Part shown: piece by piece, positions 26,601 through 41,699 of the stretch | Position numbering within the stretch: position 1 is the first letter of the stretch | Layout of the letters: the number at the start of each line of letters is the position of its first letter | NCBI GenBank assembly: GCA_964276515.1 | Contig: OZ193910.1 | Location: forward strand, 7,130,001 to 7,194,000 | DNA: 64,000 nucleotides | Direction: 5' to 3' | DNA from: Gordius albopunctatus | Taxonomy: Eukaryota | Made by a program: the position numbers and the translations under genes | The notes under the pieces: generated by a model | Database searches by the model: none | Told to the model about the DNA's origin: nothing | Seen by the model: the letters and a program-made list of their open reading frames with translations, nothing else

Positions 26601-29600
26601 CTCTTTTACATAAAATAACAAAAATTATATTTTTTTAGCTCCGAATAATTCACAATTTTTTCCTTTCAAATCATATTCATCCGATGAAAGTTGTTATTTT
26701 CAGACGTGATTTCCATGATAAAAAGTTAAAATTTATCAGAATTAGAGAACTATTACTTTGAAATCATCCTCGCATAGAGCATGTTTCAAAAATTAAGCAC
26801 TCACGTTGCGATACAACAAACTAATCGCAACAATATAACGTTGACTTTTCTCAAAATGATTGTTCTCGCAACTTTAAACTTCTTATAAGGAGTCGATCGA
26901 GAATAATAGGATTCTCAAATGAGCTTACTTTTAAATATTTTTTCAATCTCTTTTACATAAAATAACAAAAATTATATTTTTTTAGCTCCGAATAATTCAC
27001 AATTTTTTCCTTTCAAATCATATTCATCCGATGAAAGTTGTTATTTTCAGACGTGATTTCCATGATAAAAAGTTAAAATTTATCAGAATTAGAGAACTAT
27101 TACTTTGAAATCATCCTCGCATAGAGCATGTTTCAAAAATTAAGCACTCACGTTGCGATACAACAAACTAATCGCAACAATATAACGTTGACTTTTCTCA
27201 AAATGATTGTTCTCGCAACTTTAAACTTCTTATAAGGAGTCGATCGAGAATAATAGGATTCTCAAATGAGCTTACTTTTAAATATTTTTTCAAGCTCTTT
27301 TACATAAAATAACAAAAATTATATTTTTTTAGCTCCGAATAATTCACAATTTTTTCCTTTCAAATCATATTCAACCGATTAAAGTTGTTATTTTCCGACC
27401 TGATTTCCATGATAAAAAGTTAAAATTTATCAGAATTAGAGAACTATTACTTTGAAATCATCATCGCATAGAGCATTTTTCAAAAATTAAGGACTCACGT
27501 TGCGATACAAAAAACTAATCGCAACAATATAACGTTGACTTTTCTCAAAATGATTGTTCTCGCAGCTTAAAACTTCTAATAAGGAGTCGATCGAGAATAA
27601 TAGGATTCTCAAATGAGCTTATTTTTATATATTTTATCAAGCTCTTTTATATAAAATGATAAAAAATATATTATTTAGCTCCGAATAACTCACAATTTTT
27701 TCCATTCAACCTTATTCATCCAATGAAAGTTTTATTTTCCGACCTGATTTCCATGATAAAAAGTTAAAATTTATCAGAATTAGAGAACTATTACTTTGAA
27801 ATCATCATCGCATAGAGCATGTTTCAAAAATTAAGCAGTCACGTTGCGATACAACAAACTAATCGCAACAATATAACGTTGTCTTTTCTCAAAATGAAAG
27901 TTCTCGCCGCTTGAAACTTCTTATATGGAGTCGATCGAGAATAATAGGATTCTCAAATTAGCTTACTTTTATATATTTTATCAAGCTCTTTTACATAAAA
28001 TAACAAAAATTATATTTTTTTAGCTCCGAATAATTCACAATTTTTTCCTTTCAAATCATATTCATCCGATGAAAGTTGTTATTTTCAGACGTGATTTCCA
28101 TGATAAAAAGTTAAAATTTATCAGAATTAGAGAACTATTACTTTGAAATCATCATCGATCGCATAGAGCATGTTTCAAAAATTAAGCACTCACGTTGCGA
28201 TACAACAAACTAATCGCAACAATATAACGTTGACTTTTCTCAAAATGATTGTTCTCGCAACTTTAAACTTCTTATAAGGAGTCGATCAAGAATAATAGGA
28301 TTCTCAAATTAGCTTATTTTTATATATTTTATCAAGCTCTTTTATATAAAATAATAAAAAATATATTATTTAGCTCCGAATAACTCACAATTTTTTCCAT
28401 TCAACCATATTCATCCAATGAAAGTTTTATTTTCCGACCTGATTTCCATGATAAAAAGTTAAAATTTATCAGAATTAGAGTACTATTATTTGAAATCATC
28501 ATCGCATAGAGCATGTTTCAAAAATTAAGCAATCACGTTGCGATACAACAAACTAATCGCAACAATATAACGTTGACTTTTCTCAAAATGATAGTTCTCG
28601 CAGCTTGAAACTTCTTATATGGAGTCGATCGAGAATAATAGGATTCTCAAATGAGCTTACTTTTAAATATTTTTTCAAGCTCTTTTACATAAAATAACAA
28701 AAATTATATTTTTTTAGCTCCGAATAACTCACAATTTTTTCCATTCAACCATATTCATCCAATAAAAGTTTTATTTTTAGACGTGATTTCCATGATAAAA
28801 AGTTAAAATTTATCAGAATTAGAGAACTATTACTTTGAAATCATCATCGCATAGAGCATGTTTCAAAAATTAAGCACTCACTTTGCGATACAACAAACTA
28901 ATCGCAACAATATAACGTTGTCTTTTCTCAAAATGATTGTTCTCGCAGCTTAAAAATTCTTATAAGGAGTCGATCGAGAATAATAGGATTCTCAAATGAG
29001 CTTACTTTTATATATTTTTTCAAAATCTTTTACATAAAATAACAAAAAATATATTTTTTCAGGTTAAAATAATTCACAATTTTTTCCATTCAACCTTATT
29101 CATCCAATGAAAGTTTTATTTTCCGACCTGATTTCCATGATAAAAAGTTAAAATTTATCAGAATTAGAGAACTATTACTTTGAAATCATCATCGCATAGA
29201 GCATGTTTCAAAAATTAAGCAGTCACGTTGCGATACAACAAACTAATCGCAACAATATAACCTTGTCTTTTCTCAAAATGAAAGTTCTCGCCGCTTGAAA
29301 CTTCTTATATGGAGTCGATCGAGAATAATAGGATTCTCAAATTAGCTTACTTTTATATATTTTATCAAGCTCTTTTACATATAATAACAAAAATTATATT
29401 TTTTTAGCTCCGAATAATTCACAATTTTTTCCTTTCAAATCATATTCATCCGATGAAAGTTGTTATTTTCAGACGTGATTTCCATGATAAAAAGTTAAAA
29501 TTTATCAGAATTAGAGAACTATTACTTTGGAATCATCATCGCATAGAGCATTTTTCAAAAATTAAGGACTCACGTTGCGATACAAAAAACTAATCGCAAC

Positions 29601-32600
29601 AATATAACGTTGACTTTTCTCAAAATGATTGTTCTCGCAGCTTAAAACTTCTAATAAGGAGTCGATCGAGAATAATAGGATTCTCAAATGAGCTTATTTT
29701 TATATATTTTATCAAGCTCTTTTATATAAAATGATAAAAAATATATTATTTAGCTCCGAATAACTCACAATTTTTTCCATTGAACCATATTCATCCAATG
29801 AAAGTTTTATTTTCAGACGTGATTTCCATGATAAAAAGTTAAAATTTATCAGAATTATAGAACTATTACTTTGAAATCATCCTCGCATAGAGCATGTTTC
29901 AAAAATTAAGCACTCACGTTGCGATACAACAAACTAATCGCAACAATATAACGTTATCTTTTCTCAAAATGATAGTTCTCGTAGCTTGAAACTTCTAATA
30001 AGGAGTCGATCGAGAATAATAGGATTCTCAAATGAGCTTACTTTTAAATATTTTTTCAAGCTCTTTTACATAAAATAACAAAAATTATATTTTTTTAGCT
30101 CAGAATAATTCACAATTTTTTCCTTTCAAATCATATTCATCCGATGAAAGTTGTTATTTTCAGACGTGATTTCCATGATAAAAAGTTAAAATTTATCAGA
30201 ATTAGAGAACTATTACTTTGAAATCATCATCGCATAGAGCATTTTTCAAAAATTAAGGACTCACGTTGCGATACAACAAACTAATCACAACAATATAACG
30301 TTGTCTTTTCTCAAAATGATTGTTCTCGCAGCTTAAAACTTCTAATAAGGAGTCGATCGAGAATAATAGGATTCTCAAATGAGCTTACTTTTATATATTT
30401 TATCAAGCTCTTTTACATAAAATAACAAAAATTATATTTTTTTAGCTCCGAATAATTCACAATTTTTTCCTTTCAAATCATATTCATCCGATGAAAGTTG
30501 TTATTTTCAGACGTGATTTCCATGATAAAAAGTTAAAATTTATCAGAATTAGAGAACTATTACTTTGAAATCATCATCGCATAGAGAATGTTTCAAAAAT
30601 TAAGCACTCACCTTGCGATACAACAAACTAATCGCAACAATATAACGTTAACTTTTCTCAAAATGATTGTTCTCGCAACTTTAAACTTCTTATAAGGAGT
30701 CGATCGAGAATAATAGGATTCTCAAATTAGCTTATTTTTATATATTTTATCAAGCTCTTTTATATAAAATAATAAAAAATATATTATTTAGCTCCGAATA
30801 ACTCACAATTTTTTCCATTCAACCATATTCATCCAATGAAAGTTTTATTTTCCGACCTGATTTCCATGATAAAAAGTTAAAATTTATCAGAATTAGAGAA
30901 CTATTATTTAAAATCATCATCGCATAGAGGATGTTTCAAAAATTAAGCAATCACTTTGCGATACAACAAACTAATCGCAACAATATAACGTTGTCTTTTC
31001 TCAAAATGATAGTTCTCGCAGCTTGAAACTTCTTATATGGAGTCGATCAAGAAAAATAGGATTCTCAAATTAGCTTACTTTTATATATTTTTTCAAGCTC
31101 TTTTACATAAAATAACAAAAAATATATTTTTTCAGGTTAAAATAATTCACAATTTTTTCCTTTCAAACATATTCATCCGATGAAAGTTTTTATTTTCAGA
31201 CGTGATTTCCATGATAAAAAGTTAAATTTTATCAGAATTAGAGAACTATTACTTTGAAATCATCCTCGCATAGAGCATGTTTCAAAAATTAAGCACTCAC
31301 GTTGCGATACAACAAACTAATCGCAACAATATAACGTTGACTTTTCTCAAAATGATTGTTCTCGCAACTTTAAACTTCTTATAAGGAGTCGATCGAGAAT
31401 AATATGATTCTCGAATTAGCTTATTTTTATATATTTTATCAAGCTCTTTTATATAAAATAATAAAAAATATATTATTTAGCTCCGTATAACTCACAATTT
31501 TTTCCATTCAACCATATTCATCCAATGAAAGTTTTATTTTCAGACGTGATTTCCATGATAAAAAGTTAAAATTTATCAGAATTAGAGAACTATTACTTTG
31601 AAATCATCCTCGCATAGAGCATGTTTCAAAAATTAAGCACTCACGTTGCGATACAACAAACTAATCGCAACAATATAACGTTGACTTTTCTCAAAATGAT
31701 TGTTCTCGCAACTTTAAACTTCTTATAAGGAGTCGATCGAGAATAATAGGATTCTCAAATGAGCTTACTTTTAAATATTTTTTCAAGCTCTTTTACATAA
31801 AATAACAAAAATTATATTTTTTTAGCTCCGAATAATTCACAATTTTTTCCTTTCAAACATATTCATCCGATGAAAGTTTTTATTTTCAGACGTGATTTCC
31901 ATGATAAAAAGTTAAATTTTATCAGAATTAGAGAAATATTACTTTGAAATCATCCTCGCATAGAGCATGTTTCAAAAATTAAGCACTCACGTTGCGATAC
32001 AACAAACTAATCGCAACAATATAACGTTGACTTTTCTCAAAATGATTGTTCTCGCAACTTTAAACTTCTTATAAGGAGTCGATCGAGAATAATAGGATTC
32101 TCAAATTAGCTTATTTTTATATATTTTATCAAGCTCTTTTATATAAAATAATAAAAAATATATTATTTAGCTCCGTATAACTCACAATTTTTTCCATTCA
32201 ACCATATTCATCCAATGAAAGTTTTATTTTCAGACGTGATTTCCATGATAAAAAGTTAAAATTTATCAGAATTAGAGAACTATTACTTTGAAATCATCCT
32301 CGCATAGAGCATGTTTCAAAAATTAAGCACTCACGTTGCGATACAACAAACTAATCGCAACAATATAACGTTGACTTTTCTCAAAATGATTGTTCTCGCA
32401 ACTTTAAACTTCTTATAAGGAGTCGATCGAGAATAATAGGATTCTCAAATGAGCTTACTTTTAAATATTTTTTCAAGCTCTTTTACATAAAATAACAAAA
32501 ATTATATTTTTTTAGCTCCGAATAATTCACAATTTTTTCCTTTCAAATCATATTCATCCGATGAAGGTTGTTATTTTCAGACGTGATTTCCATGATAAAA

Positions 32601-35600
32601 AGTTAAAATTTATCAGAATTAGAGAACTATTACTTTGAAATCATCATCGCATAGAGAATGTTTCAAAAATTAAGCACTCACCTTGCGATACAACAAACTA
32701 ATCGCAACAATATAACGTTGACTTTTCTCAAAATGATTGTTCTCGCAACTTTAAACTTCTTATAAGGAGTCGATCGAGAATAATAGGATTCTCAAATTAG
32801 CTTATTTTTATATATTTTATCAAGCTCTTTTATATAAAATAATAAAAAATATATTATTTAGCTCCGAATAACTCACAATTTTTTCCATTCAACCATATTC
32901 ATCCAATGAAAGTTTTATTTTCCGACCTGATTTCCATGATAAAAAGTTAAAATTTATCAGAATTAGAGAACTATTACTTTGAAATCATCCTCGCATAGAG
33001 CATGTTTCAAAAATTAAGCACTCACGTTGCGATACAACAAACTAATCGCAACAATATAACGTTGACTTTTCTCAAAATGATTGTTCTCGCAACTTTAAAC
33101 TTCTTATAAGGAGTCGATCGAGAATAATAGGATTCTCAAATGAGCTTACTTTTAAATATTTTTTCAAGCTCTTTTACATAAAATAACAAAAATTATATTT
33201 TTTTAGCTCCGAATAATTCACAATTTTTTCCTTTCAAATCATATTCATCCGATGAAAGTTGTTATTTTCAGACGTGATTTCCATGATAAAAAGTTAAAAT
33301 TTATCAGAATTAGAGAACTATTACTTTGAAATCATCCTCGCATAGAGCATGTTTCAAAAATTAAGCACTCACGTTGCGATACAACAAACTAATCGCAACA
33401 ATATAACGTTGACTTTTCTCAAAATGATTGTTCTCGCAACTTTAAACTTCTTATAAGGAGTCGATCGAGAATAATAGGATTCTCAAATGAGCTTACTTTT
33501 AAATATTTTTTCAATCTCTTTTACATAAAATAACAAAAATTATATTTTTTTAGCTCCGAATAATTCACAATTTTTTCCTTTCAAATCATATTCATCCGAT
33601 GAAAGTTGTTATTTTCAGACGTGATTTCCATGATAAAAAGTTAAAATTTATCAGAATTAGAGAACTATTACTTTGAAATCATCCTCGCATAGAGCATGTT
33701 TCAAAAATTAAGCACTCACGTTGCGATACAACAAACTAATCGCAACAATATAACGTTGACTTTTCTCAAAATGATTGTTCTCGCAACTTTAAACTTCTTA
33801 TAAGGAGTCGATCGAGAATAATAGGATTCTCAAATGAGCTTACTTTTAAATATTTTTTCAAGCTCTTTTACATAAAATAACAAAAATTATATTTTTTTAG
33901 CTCCGAATAATTCACAATTTTTTCCTTTCAAATCATATTCAACCGATTAAAGTTGTTATTTTCCGACCTGATTTCCATGATAAAAAGTTAAAATTTATCA
34001 GAATTAGAGAACTATTACTTTGAAATCATCATCGCATAGAGCATTTTTCAAAAATTAAGGACTCACGTTGCGATACAAAAAACTAATCGCAACAATATAA
34101 CGTTGACTTTTCTCAAAATGATTGTTCTCGCAGCTTAAAACTTCTAATAAGGAGTCGATCGAGAATAATAGGATTCTCAAATGAGCTTATTTTTATATAT
34201 TTTATCAAGCTCTTTTATATAAAATGATAAAAAATATATTATTTAGCTCCGAATAACTCACAATTTTTTCCATTCAACCTTATTCATCCAATGAAAGTTT
34301 TATTTTCCGACCTGATTTCCATGATAAAAAGTTAAAATTTATCAGAATTAGAGAACTATTACTTTGAAATCATCATCGCATAGAGCATGTTTCAAAAATT
34401 AAGCAGTCACGTTGCGATACAACAAACTAATCGCAACAATATAACGTTGTCTTTTCTCAAAATGAAAGTTCTCGCCGCTTGAAACTTCTTATATGGAGTC
34501 GATCGAGAATAATAGGATTCTCAAATTAGCTTACTTTTATATATTTTATCAAGCTCTTTTACATAAAATAACAAAAATTATATTTTTTTAGCTCCGAATA
34601 ATTCACAATTTTTTCCTTTCAAATCATATTCATCCGATGAAAGTTGTTATTTTCAGACGTGATTTCCATGATAAAAAGTTAAAATTTATCAGAATTAGAG
34701 AACTATTACTTTGAAATCATCATCGATCGCATAGAGCATGTTTCAAAAATTAAGCACTCACGTTGCGATACAACAAACTAATCGCAACAATATAACGTTG
34801 ACTTTTCTCAAAATGATTGTTCTCGCAACTTTAAACTTCTTATAAGGAGTCGATCAAGAATAATAGGATTCTCAAATTAGCTTATTTTTATATATTTTAT
34901 CAAGCTCTTTTATATAAAATAATAAAAAATATATTATTTAGCTCCGAATAACTCACAATTTTTTCCATTCAACCATATTCATCCAATGAAAGTTTTATTT
35001 TCCGACCTGATTTCCATGATAAAAAGTTAAAATTTATCAGAATTAGAGTACTATTATTTGAAATCATCATCGCATAGAGCATGTTTCAAAAATTAAGCAA
35101 TCACGTTGCGATACAACAAACTAATCGCAACAATATAACGTTGACTTTTCTCAAAATGATAGTTCTCGCAGCTTGAAACTTCTTATATGGAGTCGATCGA
35201 GAATAATAGGATTCTCAAATGAGCTTACTTTTAAATATTTTTTCAAGCTCTTTTACATAAAATAACAAAAATTATATTTTTTTAGCTCCGAATAACTCAC
35301 AATTTTTTCCATTCAACCATATTCATCCAATAAAAGTTTTATTTTTAGACGTGATTTCCATGATAAAAAGTTAAAATTTATCAGAATTAGAGAACTATTA
35401 CTTTGAAATCATCATCGCATAGAGCATGTTTCAAAAATTAAGCACTCACTTTGCGATACAACAAACTAATCGCAACAATATAACGTTGTCTTTTCTCAAA
35501 ATGATTGTTCTCGCAGCTTAAAAATTCTTATAAGGAGTCGATCGAGAATAATAGGATTCTCAAATGAGCTTACTTTTATATATTTTTTCAAAATCTTTTA

Positions 35601-36116
35601 CATAAAATAACAAAAAATATATTTTTTCAGGTTAAAATAATTCACAATTTTTTCCATTCAACCTTATTCATCCAATGAAAGTTTTATTTTCCGACCTGAT
35701 TTCCATGATAAAAAGTTAAAATTTATCAGAATTAGAGAACTATTACTTTGAAATCATCATCGCATAGAGCATGTTTCAAAAATTAAGCAGTCACGTTGCG
35801 ATACAACAAACTAATCGCAACAATATAACCTTGTCTTTTCTCAAAATGAAAGTTCTCGCCGCTTGAAACTTCTTATATGGAGTCGATCGAGAATAATAGG
35901 ATTCTCAAATTAGCTTACTTTTATATATTTTATCAAGCTCTTTTACATATAATAACAAAAATTATATTTTTTTAGCTCCGAATAATTCACAATTTTTTCC
36001 TTTCAAATCATATTCATCCGATGAAAGTTGTTATTTTCAGACGTGATTTCCATGATAAAAAGTTAAAATTTATCAGAATTAGAGAACTATTACTTTGGAA
36101 TCATCATCGCATAGAG
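23123..36116. repeat. 19-monomer tandem duplication (period 6,568 bp; copies about 23123-29548 and 29691-36116)
   Basis: Variants at constant offset 6,568: ctcagaataa 23531/30099, tataacgtta 24073/30641, ataatatgattctcg 24831/31399, tcaaccgatt 27371/33939, catcgatcgc 28153/34721, agaattagagtac 28471/35039, aataaaagtt 28761/35329, attactttgg 29521/36089. Confidence 0.95.
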
Positions 36117-39100
36117 AATGTTTCAAAAATTAAGCACTCACCTTGCGATACAACAAACTAATCGCAACAATATAACGTTGACTTTTCTCAAAATGATTGT
36201 TCTCGCAACTTTAAACTTCTTATAATGAGTCGATCGAGAATAATAGGATTCTCAAATTAGCTTATTTTTATATATTTTATCAAGCTCTTTTATATAAAAT
36301 GATAAAAAATATATTATTTAGCTCCGAATAACTCACAATTTTTTCCATTGAACCATATTCATCCAATGAAAGTTTTATTTTCAGACGTGATTTCCATGAT
36401 AAAAAGTTAAAATTTATCAGAATTAGAGAACTATTACTTTGAAATCATCCTCGCATAGAGCATGTTTCAAAAATTAAGCACTCACGTTGCGATACAACAA
36501 ACTAATCGCAACAATATAACGTTGTCTTTTCTCAAAATGATAGTTCTCGCAGCTTGAAACTTCTTATATGGAGTCGATCGAGAATAATAGGATTCTCAAA
36601 TGAGCTTACTTTTAAATATTTTTTCAAGCTCTTTTACATAAAATAACAAAAATTATATTTTTTTAGCTCCGAATAATTCACAATTTTTTGCTTTCAAATC
36701 ATATTCATCCGATGAAAGTTGTTATTTTCAGACGTGATTTCCATGATAAAAAGTTAAATTTTATCAGAATTAGAGAACTATTACTTTGAAATCATCATCG
36801 CATAGAGAATGTTTAAAAAATTAAGCACTCACGTTGCAATACAACAAACTAATCGCAACAATATAACGTTATCTTTTCTCAAAATGATAGTTCTCGTAGC
36901 TTGAAACTTCTTATATGGAGTCGATCGAGAATAATAGGATTCTCAAATGAGCTTACTTCTATATATTTTTTCAAGCTCTTTTACATAAAATAACAAAAAA
37001 TATATTTTTTCATGTTAAAATAATTCACAATTTTTTCCTTTCAACCATATTCAACCGATGAAAGTTGTTATTTTCAGACGTGATTTCCATGATAAAAAGT
37101 CAAAATTTATCAGAATTAGAAAACTATTACTTTGAAATCATCATCGCATAGAGCATGTTTAAATAATTAAGCACTAACGTTGCGATACAACAAACTAATC
37201 ACAACAATATAACGTTGTCTTTTCTCAAAATGATTGTTCTCGCAGCTTAAAACTTCTAATAAGGAGTCGATCGAGAATAATAGGATTCTCAAATGAGCTT
37301 ACTTTTAAATATTTTTTCAAGCTCTTTTACATAAAATAACAAAAATTATATTTTTTTAGCTCCGAATAATTCACAATTTTTTCCTTTCAAATCATATTCA
37401 TCCGATGAAAGTTGTTATTTTCAGACGTGATTTCCATGATAAAAAGTTAAAATTTATCAGAATTAGAGAACTATTATTTGAAATCATCATCGCATAGAGC
37501 ATGTTTCAAAAATTAAGCAATCACTTTGCGATACAACAAACTAATCGCAACAATATAACGTTGACTTTTCTCAAAATGATTGTTCTCGCAACTTTAAACT
37601 TCTTATAAGGAGTCGATCGAGAATAATAGGATTCTCAAATGAGCTTACTTTTAAATATTTTTTCAAGCTCTTTTACATAAAATAACAAAAATTATATTTT
37701 TTTAGCTCCGAATAATTCACAATTTTTTCCTTTCAAATCATATTCATCCGATGAAAGTTGTTATTTTCAGACGTGATTTCCATGATAAAAAGTTAAAATT
37801 TATCAGAATTAGAGAACTATTACTTTGAAATCATCATCGCATAGAGAATGTTTCAAAAATTAAGCACTCACCTTGCGATACAACAAACTAATCGCAACAA
37901 TATAACCTTGACTTTTCTCAAAATGATTGTTCTCGCAACTTTAAACTTCTTATAAGGAGTCGATCGAGAATAATAGGATTCTCAAATTAGCTTATTTTTA
38001 TATATTTTATCAAGCTCTTTTATATAAAATGATAAAAAATATATTATTTAGCTCCGAATAACTCACAATTTTTTCCATTGAACCATATTCATCCAATGAA
38101 AGTTTTATTTTCAGACGTGATTTCCATGATAAAAAGTTAAAATTTATCAGAATTAGAGAACTATTACTTTGAAATCATCCTCGCATAGAGCATGTTTCAA
38201 AAATTAAGCACTCACGTTGCGATACAACAAACTAATCGAAACAATATAACGTTGTCTTTTCTCAAAATGATAGTTCTCGCAGCTTGAAACTTCTTATATG
38301 GAGTCGATCGAGAATAATAGGATTCTCAAATGAGCTTACTTTTAAATATTTTTTCAAGCTCTTTTACATAAAATAACAAAAATTATATTTTTTTAGCTCC
38401 GAATAATTCACAATTTTTTGCTTTCAAATCATATTCATCCGATGAAAGTTGTTATTTTCAGACGTGATTTACATGATAAAAAGTTAAATTTTATCAGAAT
38501 TAGAGAACTATTACTTTGAAATCATCATCGCATAGAGAATGTTTCAAAAATTAAGCACTCACGTTGCGATACAACAAACTAATCGCAACAATATAACGTT
38601 ATCTTTTCTCAAAATGATAGTTCTCGTAACTTGAAACTTCTTATATGGAGTCGATCGAGAATAATAGGATTCTCAAATGAGCTTACTTTTAAATATTTTT
38701 TCAAGCTCTTTTACATAAAATAACAAAAATTATATTTTTTTAGCTCCGAATAATTCACAATTTTTTCCTTTCAAATCATATTCATCCGATGAAAGTTGTT
38801 ATTTTCAGACGTGATTTCCATGATAAAAAGTTAAAATTTATCAGAATTAGAGAACTATTACTTTGAAATCATCATCGCATAGAGAATGTTTCAAAAATTA
38901 AGCACTCACCTTGCGATACAACAAACTAATCGCAACAATATAACCTTGACTTTTCTCAAAATGATTGTTCTCGCAACTTTAAACTTCTTATAAGGAGTCG
39001 ATCGAGAATAATAGGATTCTCAAATTAGCTTATTTTTATATATTTTATCAAGCTCTTTTATATAAAATGATAAAAAATATATTATTTAGCTCCGAATAAC

Positions 39101-40581
39101 TCACAATTTTTTCCATTGAACCATATTCATCCAATGAAAGTTTTATTTTCAGACGTGATTTCCATGATAAAAAGTTAAAATTTATCAGAATTATAGAACT
39201 ATTACTTTGAAATCATCCTCGCATAGAGCATGTTTCAAAAATTAAGCACTCACGTTGCGATACAACAAACTAATCGCAACAATATAACGTTATCTTTTCT
39301 CAAAATGATAGTTCTCGTAGCTTGAAACTTCTAATAAGGAGTCGATCGAGAATAATAGGATTCTCAAATGAGCTTACTTTTAAATATTTTTTCAAGCTCT
39401 TTTACATAAAATAACAAAAATTATATTTTTTTAGCTCCGAATAATTCACAATTTTTTCCTTTCAAATAATATTCATCCGATGAAAGTTGTTATTTTCAGA
39501 CGTGATTTCCATGATAAAAAGTTAAAATTTATCAGAATTAGAGAACTATTACTTTGAAATCATCATCGCATAGAGAATGTTTCAAAAATTAAGCACTAAC
39601 GTTGCGATACAACAAACTAATCACAAAATAATAACGTTGTCTTTTCTCAAAATGATTGTTCTCGCAGCTTAAAACTTCTAATAAGGAGTCGATCGAGAAT
39701 AATAGGATTCTCAAATGAGCTTACTTTTAAATATTTTTTCAAGCTCTTTTACATAAAATAACAAAAATTATATTTTTTTAGCTCCGAATAATTCACAATT
39801 TTTTCCTTTCAAATCATATTCATCCGATGAAAGTTGTTATTTTCAGACGTGATTTCCATGATAAAAAGTTAAAATTTATCAGAATTAGAGAACTATTACT
39901 TTGAAATCATCATCGCATAGAGAATGTTTCAAAAATTAAGCACTCACCTTGCGATACAACAAACTAATCGCAACAATATAACGTTGACTTTTCTCAAAAT
40001 GATTGTTCTCGCAACTTTAAACTTCTTATAAGGAGTCGATCGAGAATAATAGGATTCTCAAATTAGCTTATTTTTATATATTTTATCAAGCTCTTTTATA
40101 TAAAATAATAAAAAATATATTATTTAGCTCCGAATAACTCACAATTTTTTCCATTCAACCATATTCATCCAATGAAAGTTTTATTTTCCGACCTGATTTC
40201 CATGATAAAAAGTTAAAATTTATCAGAATTAGAGAACTATTATTTGAAATCATCATCGCATAGAGCATGTTTCAAAAATTAAGCAATCACTTTGCGATAC
40301 AACAAACTAATCGCAACAATATAACGTTGTCTTTTCTCAAAATGATAGTTCTCGCAGCTTGAAACTTCTTATATGGAGTCGATCAAGAAAAATAGGATTC
40401 TCAAATTAGCTTACTTTTATATATTTTTTCAAGCTCTTTTACATAAAATAACAAAAAATATATTTTTTCAGGTTAAAATAATTCACAATTTTTTCCTTTC
40501 AAACATATTCATCCGATGAAAGTTTTTATTTTCAGACGTGATTTCCATGATAAAAAGTTAAATTTTATCAGAATTAGAGAA
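35453..40581. repeat. About 15-monomer block, copy 2 (matches 17475-22603)
   Basis: Same markers as copy 1 at offset 17,978. Two substitutions noticed between copies (20261 c vs 38239 a; 21490 c vs 39468 a). Confidence 0.92.
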
Positions 40582-41699
40582 ATATTACTTTGAAATCATC
40601 CTCGCATAGAGCATGTTTCAAAAATTAAGCACTCACGTTGCGATACAACAAACTAATCGCAACAATATAACGTTGACTTTTCTCAAAATGATTGTTCTCG
40701 CAACTTTAAACTTCTTATAAGGAGTCGATCGAGAATAATAGGATTCTCAAATTAGCTTATTTTTATATATTTTATCAAGCTCTTTTATATAAAATAATAA
40801 AAAATATATTATTTAGCTCCGTATAACTCACAATTTTTTCCATTCAACCATATTCATTCAATGAAAGTTTTATTTTCAGACGTGATTTCCATGATAAAAA
40901 GTTAAAATTTATCAGAATTAGAGAATTATTACTTTGAAATCATCCTCGCATAGAGCATGTTTCAAAAATTAAGCACTCACGTTGCGATACAACAAACTAA
41001 TCGCAACAATATAACGTTGACTTTTCTCAAAATGATTGTTCTCGCAACTTTAAACTTCTTATAAGGAGTCGATCGAGAATAATAGGATTCTCAAATGAGC
41101 TTACTTTTAAATATTTTTTCAAGCTCTTTTACATAAAATAACAAAAATTATATTTTTTTAGCTCCGAATAATTCACAATTTTTTCCTTTCAAATCATATT
41201 CATCCGATGAAGGTTGTTATTTTCAGACGTGATTTCCATGATAAAAAGTTAAAATTTATCAGAATTAGAGAACTATTACTTTGAAATCATCATCGCATAG
41301 AGAATGTTTCAAAAATTAAGCACTCACCTTGCGATACAACAAACTAATCGCAACAATATAACGTTGACTTTTCTCAAAATGATTGTTCTCGCAACTTTAA
41401 ACTTCTTATAAGGAGTCGATCGAGAATAATAGGATTCTCAAATTAGCTTATTTTTATATATTTTATCAAGCTCTTTTATATAAAATAATAAAAAATATAT
41501 TATTTAGCTCCGAATAACTCACAATTTTTTCCATTCAATCATATTCATCCAATGAAAGTTTTATTTTCCGACCTGGTTTCCATGATAAAAAGTTAAAATT
41601 TATCAGAATTAGAGAACTATTACTTTGAAATCATCCTCGCATAGAGCATGTTTCAAAAATTAAGCACTCACGTTGCGATACAACAAACTAATCGCAACA

